From the IMG/VR virus record IMGVR_UViG_3300028576_000001: a DNA stretch of 43,476 nt. One strand, written 5' to 3'. Both the position numbers and the translations under genes were made by a program. Each line of letters starts with the position of its first letter. Position 1 is the stretch's first letter. Shown piece by piece: positions 32,597 to 41,572 of the stretch. Source of the stretch: a virus. Under the pieces are notes generated by a model. It had not been told where the DNA came from, made no database searches, and saw nothing but the letters and a program-made list of their open reading frames with translations.

Positions 32597-33895
32597 ATGG
32601 CACTGGGCGGTGGTACTTTTGTAACACAAAACAAAATTCTTCCTGGCAGCTATATCAATGTAATCAGTGCAGCTTCCGCAAGTGCAGAACTGTCTGACAG
32701 GGGTATTGTTGCAGTTCCCCTTGACCTGAAATGGGGTCAGGAAGGTGCTGTCATCACAGTGGAAAAAGGTGATTTCCAAAAGAATTGCTTCAAGCTGTTT
32801 GGTTATTCCTATACTGATGATGAAATGAAGCCTTTGCGTGAAATCTTCATGAATGCTGTTAAAGTGTTTGTGTACAGATTGGGAACAGGTGTGAAGGCAC
32901 AGAACACCTTTGGAACTGCAAAACATGCAGGTACAAGGGGCAATGCAATACAGGTTGTAATTGCAACAAATGTTGATGATGCAACCAAATCTGATGTAAA
33001 AACCTTTGTTGGCGGTCAGCTTGTTGACAGTCAGACGGTTCTTACAACTGGAAAGACAGATGCACTTGCTGACAATGACTTTGTTGTTTGGAAAGCTGCT
33101 GTTGCACTTGCAAACACAGCAGGAACAGCAATGACAGGCGGTGAAGATGCAACTGTGGTTGGTGCAAATCATTCAACTGCACTGGGTGCTTTGGAAGCTT
33201 ATGCTTTCAATGTGCTTATTTGTGATTCGGATGACAACACCACAAAGGGATTGTACTTCAATTTCACAAAGCGTATGCGTGATGAAATCGGGGTGAAATT
33301 CCAGTGTGTCATTCACAAGTACACAACTGCTGACTATGAAGGTGTTGTTTCAGTTGAGAACAACACAGGCACTGAAATGGTGTACTGGGTTGGTGGTGCT
33401 TTGGCAGGATGTGCAATCAACAAATCCTTGACCAACAAGCAGTATAATGGTGAATACACTGTCAATGTGACTTACACACAGACAGAACTTGAAGCTGCAC
33501 TGCTTGCAGGAAAATTCATCTTCCATGCGGTGGGTGATTCGGTCAGAGTGCTTGAAGATATTAACTGTCTTGTCACCACAACTGCTGACAAGGGTGACAT
33601 ATTCAAGGATAATCAGACAATCAGGGTTGTTGACCAAATTGCAAATGACATTGCAACTTTGTTCAATACAAAATACCTGGGTGTTGTTCCGAATGATGCA
33701 GCAGGCAGAATCAGCCTTTGGGCAGATATTGTCAAGCACCATGAACAGTTACAGACCATCAGAGCAATTGAAGATTTCAGTGATGCTGATGTTTCTGTTT
33801 CACAGGGCAATACAAAGAAATCAGTGGTGGTCAATGATGTTGTGACTGTTGTGAATACAATGACACAGCTTTATATGACCTGCATTGTTCAGTAA
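32597..33895 (+). CDS. Contractile tail sheath protein (XkdK-like)
   Basis: MALGGGTFVTQNKILPGSYINV... is a typical sheath N-terminus. 432 aa, followed by the tube gene. Confidence 0.88.
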   Translation: MALGGGTFVTQNKILPGSYINVISAASASAELSDRGIVAVPLDLKWGQEGAVITVEKGDFQKNCFKLFGYSYTDDEMKPLREIFMNAVKVFVYRLGTGVKAQNTFGTAKHAGTRGNAIQVVIATNVDDATKSDVKTFVGGQLVDSQTVLTTGKTDALADNDFVVWKAAVALANTAGTAMTGGEDATVVGANHSTALGALEAYAFNVLICDSDDNTTKGLYFNFTKRMRDEIGVKFQCVIHKYTTADYEGVVSVENNTGTEMVYWVGGALAGCAINKSLTNKQYNGEYTVNVTYTQTELEAALLAGKFIFHAVGDSVRVLEDINCLVTTTADKGDIFKDNQTIRVVDQIANDIATLFNTKYLGVVPNDAAGRISLWADIVKHHEQLQTIRAIEDFSDADVSVSQGNTKKSVVVNDVVTVVNTMTQLYMTCIVQ

Positions 33896-33913
33896 GGAAG
33901 GGGGTAAAACGCA

Positions 33914-34390
33914 ATGATTAACAACATTGTTATGAAAGGCAAAGATGCAATTTCTGCAAAGCTTGCTGAATGCTTTGTCACCATTGAAGGTAACAGATAC
34001 AACTTCATGCAGATGATAAACTTTGAAGCAAAGTTTGAAAAGAACAAGACCGAAGTTCCCATCCTGGGAAAGACTGGAATTGGAAACAAGGCAACTGGTT
34101 GGAAAGGCACTGGTTCTGCTACTGCACATTATAACCAGTCTATTTTCAGAACCCTTCTGCAAAAGTACAAGGACACTGGTGAAGATGTGTACTTTGAAAT
34201 TCAGGTCACCAATGATGACACGACAAGTGCAGCAGGAAGGCAGACCATTGTGTTTATGGACTGCAACACTGATGGTGGCATACTTGCAAAGTTTGATGCT
34301 GATGGTGAATACCTTGATGAAGATATTGACTTCACATTTGAGGATTTCAAGATGCCTGAAAGCTTCACTTTACTTGCAGGGATGCGTTAA
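33914..34390 (+). CDS. Tail tube protein (XkdM-like)
   Basis: 158 aa. ...ECFVTIEGNRYNFMQMINFEAKFEKNKTEVPILGKTGIGNKATGWKGTGSATAHYN. Confidence 0.85.
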   Translation: MINNIVMKGKDAISAKLAECFVTIEGNRYNFMQMINFEAKFEKNKTEVPILGKTGIGNKATGWKGTGSATAHYNQSIFRTLLQKYKDTGEDVYFEIQVTNDDTTSAAGRQTIVFMDCNTDGGILAKFDADGEYLDEDIDFTFEDFKMPESFTLLAGMR

Positions 34391-34407
34391 AAACACAAGT
34401 ATAATGC

Positions 34408-34450
34408 CCCTGGGTAGTTCGGTCTTGTGCGAACATCCAGGGATATTTTT
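34408..34450 (+). terminator. Hairpin plus T-tract after the tube gene (partial terminator or attenuator)
   Basis: CCCTGG-gta-GTTCG-gtcttgtg-CGAAC-at-CCAGGG, then ATATTTTTATTTTT. Confidence 0.6.
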
Positions 34451-34477
34451 ATTTTTGAGAAAAGAAAGGTGGATACT

Positions 34478-34909
34478 ATGTCAAATTTAAGTTTGTTTTT
34501 GAAGAAAAACAAGATTCAAAAAGAGAATACAACCTATCCTGCAACCAAATCCTTGCTTGATGAAAATGGGAATCCCCTACTTTGGGAAATCAAGCCTTTG
34601 ACTACAAGGGAAAGTGAAAATATTCGTGAATCCTGCATGGTTGAAGTTCCTGTGAAAGGCAAACCAGGAATGTTCAGACCGAAGTTGAACACTTCATTAT
34701 ACTTGGCAAAGATAATGGTTGCATCCATTGTGCATCCGAATCTTTATGATGCTGAATTGCAGGACAGCTATGGGGTAAAGACCCCCGAAGAACTTTTGAA
34801 AGAAATGATTGATGACCCTGGTGAATACAATGACTTTGCTGCATTCATCCAGGAATTCAACGGTTTTAATACAACCCTGGAAGAAAAGGTTGAAGAAGCA
34901 AAAAACTAA
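34478..34909 (+). CDS. Tail assembly chaperone (XkdN-like), 0-frame product
   Basis: ATG 34478 follows AAAGGTGG. It lies between the tube and tape-measure genes. Confidence 0.8.
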   Translation: MSNLSLFLKKNKIQKENTTYPATKSLLDENGNPLLWEIKPLTTRESENIRESCMVEVPVKGKPGMFRPKLNTSLYLAKIMVASIVHPNLYDAELQDSYGVKTPEELLKEMIDDPGEYNDFAAFIQEFNGFNTTLEEKVEEAKN

Positions 34910-35094
34910 TTGAAGAAGGTGACAGTGATGCAGTCTTTGCACATTACTGTCTGCATAGACTGCACATATTACCTTCTGAATTCGTCAATCTTGACCCACA
35001 GGAAAAAGCTTTTGTGATTGCATCCATAAAAATCAAGATGGAAGCAGAAAAAGCCGAAGCTGAAAAAATCAAAAAAGCAAGAAAAAGAAAGTGA
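34906..35094 (+). CDS. Tail assembly chaperone -1 frameshift extension
   Basis: Slippery heptamer A_AAA_AAC at 34900-34906, 1 nt before the stop. The -1 frame reads LIEEGDSDAVFAHYCLHRLHILPSEFVNLDPQEKAFVIASIKIKMEAEKAEAEKIKKARKRK* and has no start codon of its own. Confidence 0.75.
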   Translation, partial: LIEEGDSDAVFAHYCLHRLHILPSEFVNLDPQEKAFVIASIKIKMEAEKAEAEKIKKARKRK

Positions 35095-35120
35095 TAATCT
35101 TTAACAAGAAAGGCAGGTGA

Positions 35121-37430
35121 TTGAATGTGGCAACTATTCAAACAGCTATAAGGCTGACGGATATGATGACTTCCCCACTGATGAATATAACACAGGCATT
35201 GAATATGACCGTCAGTGCATTTGAAACTATTGAAAACAAAGCAAATTCGGCTTTTGATGCAGCAGAACTTGACGGTGTAAGGGAAAGAATCAATGCTGCT
35301 AATATTGAACTGAATGAAGTGGTGGAAAACATCAGAAGAAACACCGAAGAACAGGAAAAGTTCAATCAATCTTTGAACACTGGTGTTTCTCACAGCAATA
35401 AACTGTTGTCATCTATAAAAAAAGCTGCTGCTGCATACTTGTCATGGAGAGCAGTTGTAAGGACATTAGACTTGTCTGATACAATGGCTTTATCCGAAAC
35501 AAGATTATCCTTGATTGTGGATGATGGTGGTTCTGTTGAAGAACTGGAAAAGAAAATATTTGCTTCTGCACAAAGAGCAAGGGCGAATTACCAAGATACA
35601 ATAGACATTGTTTCAAAGCTTGGATTGCTTGCAGGAAAAGCATTCACCAGTAATGATGAAATCATTGCATTCCAAGAGTTGATGAATAAAAACTTCATTG
35701 TTGGTGGTGCATCTGCACAGGAACAAGCTTCTGCAATGTATCAATTGACACAGGCAATGGCATCAGGAAGGCTGCAAGGTGATGAATACAGAAGCATCAT
35801 TGAAAATGCACCATTGCTTGCCAAAGCAATTGAAGATTACATGGTCAAGGTAAAAGGTGCAAAAGGAACAATGAAAGACTGGGCATCCGAAGGATTGTTG
35901 ACTTCTGATGTCATTAAGGCTGCCTTGTTCAGTTCTGCTGATGAAATTGAGCAACGGTTCAACAGCATGCCAATGACCTTTGGACAAGTTTGGACTTCCA
36001 TTAAGAACCAAGCATTGGTGCAATTCCAACCTGTACTGAAAAAGCTGAATGAAGTGGCAAATAATGAGAAATTCAACAAAATGGTCATAGGGGTTACCAA
36101 TGCACTGACTGTTGTTGCAGCGGTAGCAACTGAAATTTTTGATGTAGTTGCTTCAATTGGTTCATGGGCATATGATAACTGGTCAACCCTTGAACCTATA
36201 ATTTGGGGCATAGTTGCAGCAATGGCAGTTTGGAAGGTGGCAACATTGCTTCATGCAGCTTCTGTTGGAATTGCAGCAGCAGCCGAAGCAGGATATACAG
36301 GAATAAAAGGCATTGCAATTGGTGTAACAGCAGCATTGACTGGTTCAACCATAGCAGCAACTGCTGCACAGTGGGGATTTAATACTGCTTTGTTCTCCTG
36401 CCCTATTGTTTGGATACTTGCAGCACTTATTGCCTTGGTTGTCTTGTTTGTTATGTTTACGGAAGAAATCATGGGTGCAATCTTCTGGCTTGGCGCATTG
36501 TTCAAAAATCTTGGATTGTGGATTGCAAACCTTGGAATTGCAGCTTGGGAAGTCATAAAGAACATAGGACTTTGGTTTGCAAACTTGGGTATGTCCATTT
36601 GGGCAGGAATTAAGAATGTTGGACTGTGGTTTGCAAATCTTGGTCTTGGCATTTGGGAAGTATTGAAGGCATGTGCAAGTAATGTCATGGGTGCTTTCCA
36701 AAATGCATGGATAAATATTCAGATTGGCTTTTGGAGTGTAATCAAGGCTATTGTTGAAGGTGTTAAGACAGCCATTGAATGGTTGAATAAGATACCAGGT
36801 GTTGATATATCCACAACAGGAATTACAAATGCAGTCAATAGTTATACACAAAAGATGGCTGAACTTGAAGCTTCAAAGCATCAGTATGAAGATATTGGTG
36901 AAGCCTGGGATAGAGGTTTTAACACTTACAAATATGAAAGTGTGTCAGAAGCTTACAACACATTTGATTATGGCAGTGTAAGTGATGCATTTAATACCTT
37001 TGACACTTTTGAAGAAGGTTGGGGTTCAAGTGCATATGCAGTAGGTGCAGAAGTTGGTGCAGGAATCAGTGATTGGATAGATAACAACCTGTCAATGAAT
37101 GCACTGCTTAAAAAGTTCGGTGCAACAGCACCTGAATCAACTGCATATGACGGTACAGGCTTGGATGTATCACAGTACCTTGCTGACATAGCTGATGATA
37201 CCAACAGCATTGCAGGTTCAGTTGAATTGTCAGGCGAAGAATTGAAATATTTGCGTGACATTGCTGAAAGGGATGCTGTCAACAGGTTCACCACTGCTGA
37301 ACTTATAGTGAACTTTTCTTCTGACATTAAAGCTGCGAATTCAGAAGTGGATTTGGATGGTGTTGTTGCTTACCTTGAAGAAAAGGTCAATGAAACACTT
37401 GAAATGGCTGCGGAAGGGGTGCATGCTTAA
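35121..37430 (+). CDS. Tape measure protein
   Basis: 769 aa. Coiled-coil N-terminus, a central block of hydrophobic repeats (GLWIANLG / GLWFANLG), and position after the chaperone pair. Confidence 0.88.
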   Translation: MNVATIQTAIRLTDMMTSPLMNITQALNMTVSAFETIENKANSAFDAAELDGVRERINAANIELNEVVENIRRNTEEQEKFNQSLNTGVSHSNKLLSSIKKAAAAYLSWRAVVRTLDLSDTMALSETRLSLIVDDGGSVEELEKKIFASAQRARANYQDTIDIVSKLGLLAGKAFTSNDEIIAFQELMNKNFIVGGASAQEQASAMYQLTQAMASGRLQGDEYRSIIENAPLLAKAIEDYMVKVKGAKGTMKDWASEGLLTSDVIKAALFSSADEIEQRFNSMPMTFGQVWTSIKNQALVQFQPVLKKLNEVANNEKFNKMVIGVTNALTVVAAVATEIFDVVASIGSWAYDNWSTLEPIIWGIVAAMAVWKVATLLHAASVGIAAAAEAGYTGIKGIAIGVTAALTGSTIAATAAQWGFNTALFSCPIVWILAALIALVVLFVMFTEEIMGAIFWLGALFKNLGLWIANLGIAAWEVIKNIGLWFANLGMSIWAGIKNVGLWFANLGLGIWEVLKACASNVMGAFQNAWINIQIGFWSVIKAIVEGVKTAIEWLNKIPGVDISTTGITNAVNSYTQKMAELEASKHQYEDIGEAWDRGFNTYKYESVSEAYNTFDYGSVSDAFNTFDTFEEGWGSSAYAVGAEVGAGISDWIDNNLSMNALLKKFGATAPESTAYDGTGLDVSQYLADIADDTNSIAGSVELSGEELKYLRDIAERDAVNRFTTAELIVNFSSDIKAANSEVDLDGVVAYLEEKVNETLEMAAEGVHA

Positions 37431-38107
37431 TGGCTTATGATTTTTATTTGGATGCAATGCTGTTGCCTGTTACCCCTTCAAAATTAACCATCAGTATTGA
37501 CAACAAAAACAAGACCATGGTGTTGATAAATGATGGTGAAATCAATATTTTGAAGAAACCAGGCTTGACAGATATATCTTTTACAGCATTGTTACCACAG
37601 ACAAAATATCCATTTGCAGTATATAAGAACGGTTTTCAGAAAGCTGATGTTTTCCTTGATAAACTGGAACAGTTGAAAGCAAGTCAAAAACCATTCCAGT
37701 TCATTGTATCCAGGACATTTCCAAATGGAAAGCTTCTGTTTGATACAAATATCAAGGTCAGCTTGGAAGATTATAAAATAATCGAAGATTCAAAGAATGG
37801 TTTTGATGTGAATGTGGAAATAAAGTTGAAGCAGTACAGAGATTATGGAACAAAGACTGTCAATGTTACCATCAAACAATCAAAACCAGTTGCAACAGTG
37901 CAAAACACAAGACCTGCTGAATCATCCCCTGCACCAAAGGTGACAGCAAAATCATATACAGTTGCCAAAGGTGATACACTTTGGGCAATTGCCAAAAAGT
38001 ATTATGGTGATGGTTCAAAGTACACTAAAATATTTGAAGCAAACAAAGGTGTTCTGAAAAATCCAAATGTGATTTATCCAGGTCAGGTTCTGACAATACC
38101 TGTATAA
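37430..38107 (+). CDS. LysM-domain tail protein (XkdP-like)
   Basis: C-terminal YTVAKGDTLWAIAKKYYGDGSKYTKIFEANKGVLKNPNVIYPGQVLTIP. Confidence 0.85.
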   Translation: MAYDFYLDAMLLPVTPSKLTISIDNKNKTMVLINDGEINILKKPGLTDISFTALLPQTKYPFAVYKNGFQKADVFLDKLEQLKASQKPFQFIVSRTFPNGKLLFDTNIKVSLEDYKIIEDSKNGFDVNVEIKLKQYRDYGTKTVNVTIKQSKPVATVQNTRPAESSPAPKVTAKSYTVAKGDTLWAIAKKYYGDGSKYTKIFEANKGVLKNPNVIYPGQVLTIPV

Positions 38108-38119
38108 GGGGGTGACACT

Positions 38120-39079
38120 TTGAATGTTGAATTACTAATTCAGAACGGAAACAAAGTGTATGCCCCTATTGTGCAGGAAGGCATCACCTGGGAAACAGAA
38201 AGGAAGGGTTCACCTGGAAAGCTGACCTTCACAGTCATCAAAGACCAAGACATTAACTTCACCGAAGGAAACCCTGTCAGATTGGTTGTTGATGGTGTGA
38301 AGCTTTTTTATGGGTTTGTCTTTTCAAAAAAGCGTGATAAACAGCAGAACGTCACTGTTACAGCTTATGACCAACTGCGGTATTTGAAAAATAAAGACAC
38401 CTATGTTTATACAAATAAAACTGCATCAGATTTCATCAAAATGGTTGCCAATGACTATAACCTGAATCTTGGTGCAATAGAAAATACAAGTTTCATCATT
38501 GCTTCCAGGATAGAAGATAACACAACCTTGATTGATATGATTCAAAATGCACTGGACTTGGAACTAATGAATAAAAAGACCATGTATGTTCTATATGATG
38601 ACTTTGGGAAGCTTACTTTGAAGGCACTTGAAAGAATGAAGCTTGGTGTAGTCATTGATGAAGAAACAGGTGAAAACTTTGACTACACATCCAGTATTGA
38701 TTCACAGACTTATAACAAAATCAAGTTGGTGTATGAGAACGAAAAAACAGGAAAAAGGGAAGTTTACATTGCACAGGATTCAAACAACATCAACAACTGG
38801 GGTATCCTACAATATTATGACACTTTACAGGAAGGTGAAAACGGTCAGGCAAAAGTTGATGCATTACTTTCACTTTACAATGCAAAAACAAGAAATTTGA
38901 AAATCACAAATGCTTTTGGACACTTACAGGTCAGAGCAGGAAGCATGGTTGTTGTCAATTTGAACCTGGGTGATGTGGCAGTACAAAATTTCATGCTTGT
39001 GGAAAGATGCAAGCACACTTTTAATGAAAGTGAACACAAAATGGACTTAACTTTGAGGGGTGGTGAATTTATTGCCTAA
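38120..39079 (+). CDS. Baseplate hub / late-control-D-like protein (XkdQ-like)
   Basis: Assigned from synteny and size (319 aa). Confidence 0.65.
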   Translation: MNVELLIQNGNKVYAPIVQEGITWETERKGSPGKLTFTVIKDQDINFTEGNPVRLVVDGVKLFYGFVFSKKRDKQQNVTVTAYDQLRYLKNKDTYVYTNKTASDFIKMVANDYNLNLGAIENTSFIIASRIEDNTTLIDMIQNALDLELMNKKTMYVLYDDFGKLTLKALERMKLGVVIDEETGENFDYTSSIDSQTYNKIKLVYENEKTGKREVYIAQDSNNINNWGILQYYDTLQEGENGQAKVDALLSLYNAKTRNLKITNAFGHLQVRAGSMVVVNLNLGDVAVQNFMLVERCKHTFNESEHKMDLTLRGGEFIA

Positions 39080-39473
39080 TTTAATTGAATCAATAAAGAA
39101 AGCAGCTTTGGATGCAGTTGAAGCTTCAAAGCCTTGTGTGATTGTATTTGGAAAGGTCACTTCTACTTCCCCATTAAAAATAAATGTGGAACAAAAGATG
39201 ACCCTTACAGAAGCACAATTGATTTTGACAAGGAATGTGACTGATTTCAAGACCAATATCACTGTTGACCACTACACAGAGAATGACACCCACAGTCATT
39301 CTTATACAGATGATGGCAGCAGTTCAACCACTGGAAACAACACCCACAAGCATCAGGTCAAAGGAAAGAAGGAAATCACTGTTCACAATAGCTTGGTTGT
39401 CGGTGATATGGTTCTTCTTTTGAGGGTGCAAGGTGGTCAGCAATACATTGTGTGGGATAGGTTGGTCACATGA
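39060..39473 (+). CDS. Baseplate protein (XkdR-like, DUF2577)
   Basis: LIESIKKAALDAVEASKPCVIVFGKVTSTSPLKINVEQKMTL... The start is ambiguous (GTG 39060 or TTG 39072). Confidence 0.6.
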   Translation: MVNLLPNLIESIKKAALDAVEASKPCVIVFGKVTSTSPLKINVEQKMTLTEAQLILTRNVTDFKTNITVDHYTENDTHSHSYTDDGSSSTTGNNTHKHQVKGKKEITVHNSLVVGDMVLLLRVQGGQQYIVWDRLVT

Positions 39474-39871
39474 TACCATCAACAAATGGTTTCCTTGCAC
39501 AGGATTTTGTGATAGAAGAACAACCAAGCAAAACATATAAAATGCATCTTGATGAAAGCATCATCCTGGGATATGCTGACAAGCTTGATGCAATGGTTCA
39601 GGTGATTTTTAGCATACTGAACACCGAAAGGTATCAGTATGTTATTTATTCATGGAACTATGGGATTGAACTTGTTGACCTTTACGGTCAACCAGTAAGT
39701 TATGTCATTCCTGAACTGAAAAGGCGAATCACAGAAGCTTTGACATGGGATGAACGAATTATCAGTGTTGACAACTTTGATTTTTCAGTGAACAAAGGAA
39801 AGATAACATGCAACTTTACAGTACACACCATATTTGGTGATATTCAAACAGAAAAGGTGGTGAATTTTTGA
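39470..39871 (+). CDS. Baseplate wedge protein (XkdS-like, gp25/W family)
   Basis: Assigned from synteny, size (133 aa) and ATGA overlaps with both neighbours. Confidence 0.6.
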   Translation: MIPSTNGFLAQDFVIEEQPSKTYKMHLDESIILGYADKLDAMVQVIFSILNTERYQYVIYSWNYGIELVDLYGQPVSYVIPELKRRITEALTWDERIISVDNFDFSVNKGKITCNFTVHTIFGDIQTEKVVNF

Positions 39872-40929
39872 TGTATGAAAATATGACTTATGAAGTCATC
39901 TTGCAAAGGATGCTTGACAGAGTGCCTGACACAATGAACAAGCGTGAAGGCAGCATCATATATGATGCACTTGCCCCTGCTGCGGTAGAACTTACCTTGG
40001 CATACTTGCAATTTGACATGGTGCTGAATGAAGCATTTGGTGACACTGCATCAAGAGATTATCTTATCAGAAGGGCAAAGGAAAGGGGTCTTACACCTAA
40101 ACCTGCAACAAAAGCAATCCTTCAAGGGGAATTCACACCTGCAAGCATTGATGTTCTGAACAAAAGGTTCAATCTTGGTTCACTGAACTATGTTGTGACT
40201 GAACTTATTGCACCAGGTATTTACAAGGTGCAGTGTGAAACAGAAGGAATAATTGGAAACCAAAGTCTTGATGACATTATCCCTATTGATTACATTGAAG
40301 GACTTGAAACAGCAAAGTTGACACAGGTTTTAATTCCAGGTGAAGATGAAGAATCAACGGAAGCTTTCAGAACAAGATACTTTGCATCATTCGGTGAAAA
40401 AAGCTATGGGGGCAATGTCACAGACTATTTGACAAAAACCAATTCCATTCCTGGGGTTGGGTCAACCAAGGTCACACCATTGTGGGATGGCGGTGGAACA
40501 GTAAAACTGACCATTCTTGATTCAAATTATGACCAGGCAACACCCACATTGATTGCATCAGTTCAAAATGCAATTGACCCGACACCACAAGGTGAAGGTT
40601 GGGGAATTGCACCTATCGGACACATTGTGACAGTTGATACAGTTGAAGAAGTGACTGTTGACATTGCTGCAACCATAACCTTTGACACTGGGTATTCATG
40701 GGCAGCACTTCAAGCACAGGCAACCGCTGCAATTGAAGCTTACCTGCTTGAATTAAGAACGGACTGGGCGAATCAAAGCAACTTGATTGTCAGAATAGCA
40801 CAGATTGAAACAAGACTGCTTGCAATTGAAGGAATCATTGATATTTCGGGAACAACCATCAACACACTGGCAAGTAATCTGACACTGACTACTTACCAAA
40901 TACCTGTGTTAGGAAGTATCACAGCATGA
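39868..40929 (+). CDS. Baseplate J-like protein (XkdT-like)
   Basis: 353 aa. YEVILQRMLDRVPDTMNKREGSIIYDALAPAAVEL is a typical Baseplate_J N-terminus. Confidence 0.8.
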   Translation: MMYENMTYEVILQRMLDRVPDTMNKREGSIIYDALAPAAVELTLAYLQFDMVLNEAFGDTASRDYLIRRAKERGLTPKPATKAILQGEFTPASIDVLNKRFNLGSLNYVVTELIAPGIYKVQCETEGIIGNQSLDDIIPIDYIEGLETAKLTQVLIPGEDEESTEAFRTRYFASFGEKSYGGNVTDYLTKTNSIPGVGSTKVTPLWDGGGTVKLTILDSNYDQATPTLIASVQNAIDPTPQGEGWGIAPIGHIVTVDTVEEVTVDIAATITFDTGYSWAALQAQATAAIEAYLLELRTDWANQSNLIVRIAQIETRLLAIEGIIDISGTTINTLASNLTLTTYQIPVLGSITA

Positions 40930-41552
40930 GCAGAGAAATAAACCTTATTGATTACCTTCCCCCATTCCTTCAAGGATACAGGGAAATGCAAGCAATTATG
41001 ACCGCTGAAAATCCCGAATTTCAAGCGGTCAGTGATGAAGGTCAGGTGGTATTGGATAACACCTTCATTCTTTACTGCAATGAAGATGGCATTGCACGAT
41101 TTGAAAGGATGTTAGGCATATATCCATTACCAAGTGACCCACTGGAAGCAAGGCAGTCAAGAGTTCTGACCAGGTGGAATGATGTTGTTCCATACACCCT
41201 GAAATCTTTTCTTTCAAAGCTTGCATCATTACAGGGGAATAACAACATTCAAATAACAATCTACAATGACCAGTACAAAATTCAAGTTGTTACACATCTT
41301 GAAAAACAGGGTCAGCAGGATGACCTGGCTTATTTGTTCAGAACAGTTCTCCCCTGCAACTTGGTTGTTGAATCAATTAACATCCTGGATGCAAAAACAG
41401 GTGCTAACATAATGTTGGGAAGTGGTATCACTTACACAAACATTGAGTTCATCACCAATGACATTAAAGAAACATTTGATGAAGTCAGTGATTTGAGATT
41501 TGCCAATGCAATCACAGGCACTGAAATAATAAGTATTGCAACAAGTATATAA
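40926..41552 (+). CDS. Tail protein (XkdU-like, DUF2313)
   Basis: INLIDYLPPFLQGYREMQAIMTAENPEFQ is the characteristic start. Confidence 0.7.
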   Translation: MSREINLIDYLPPFLQGYREMQAIMTAENPEFQAVSDEGQVVLDNTFILYCNEDGIARFERMLGIYPLPSDPLEARQSRVLTRWNDVVPYTLKSFLSKLASLQGNNNIQITIYNDQYKIQVVTHLEKQGQQDDLAYLFRTVLPCNLVVESINILDAKTGANIMLGSGITYTNIEFITNDIKETFDEVSDLRFANAITGTEIISIATSI

Positions 41553-41572
41553 AATGAAAGGTGGAAAATATC

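Noticed and set aside
31438-34490. Alternative-frame ORFs within structural genes (31438-31854, 32085-32294, 33489-33845, 34023-34490)
   Set aside because: Each is fully nested out of frame in a gene supported by synteny or motifs. None has an RBS or recognisable motifs.
36251-36851. Minus-strand ORFs inside the tape-measure gene (36251-36688, 36345-36851)
   Set aside because: They are antisense to a long, well-supported structural gene and are an artefact of its repetitive hydrophobic segment.
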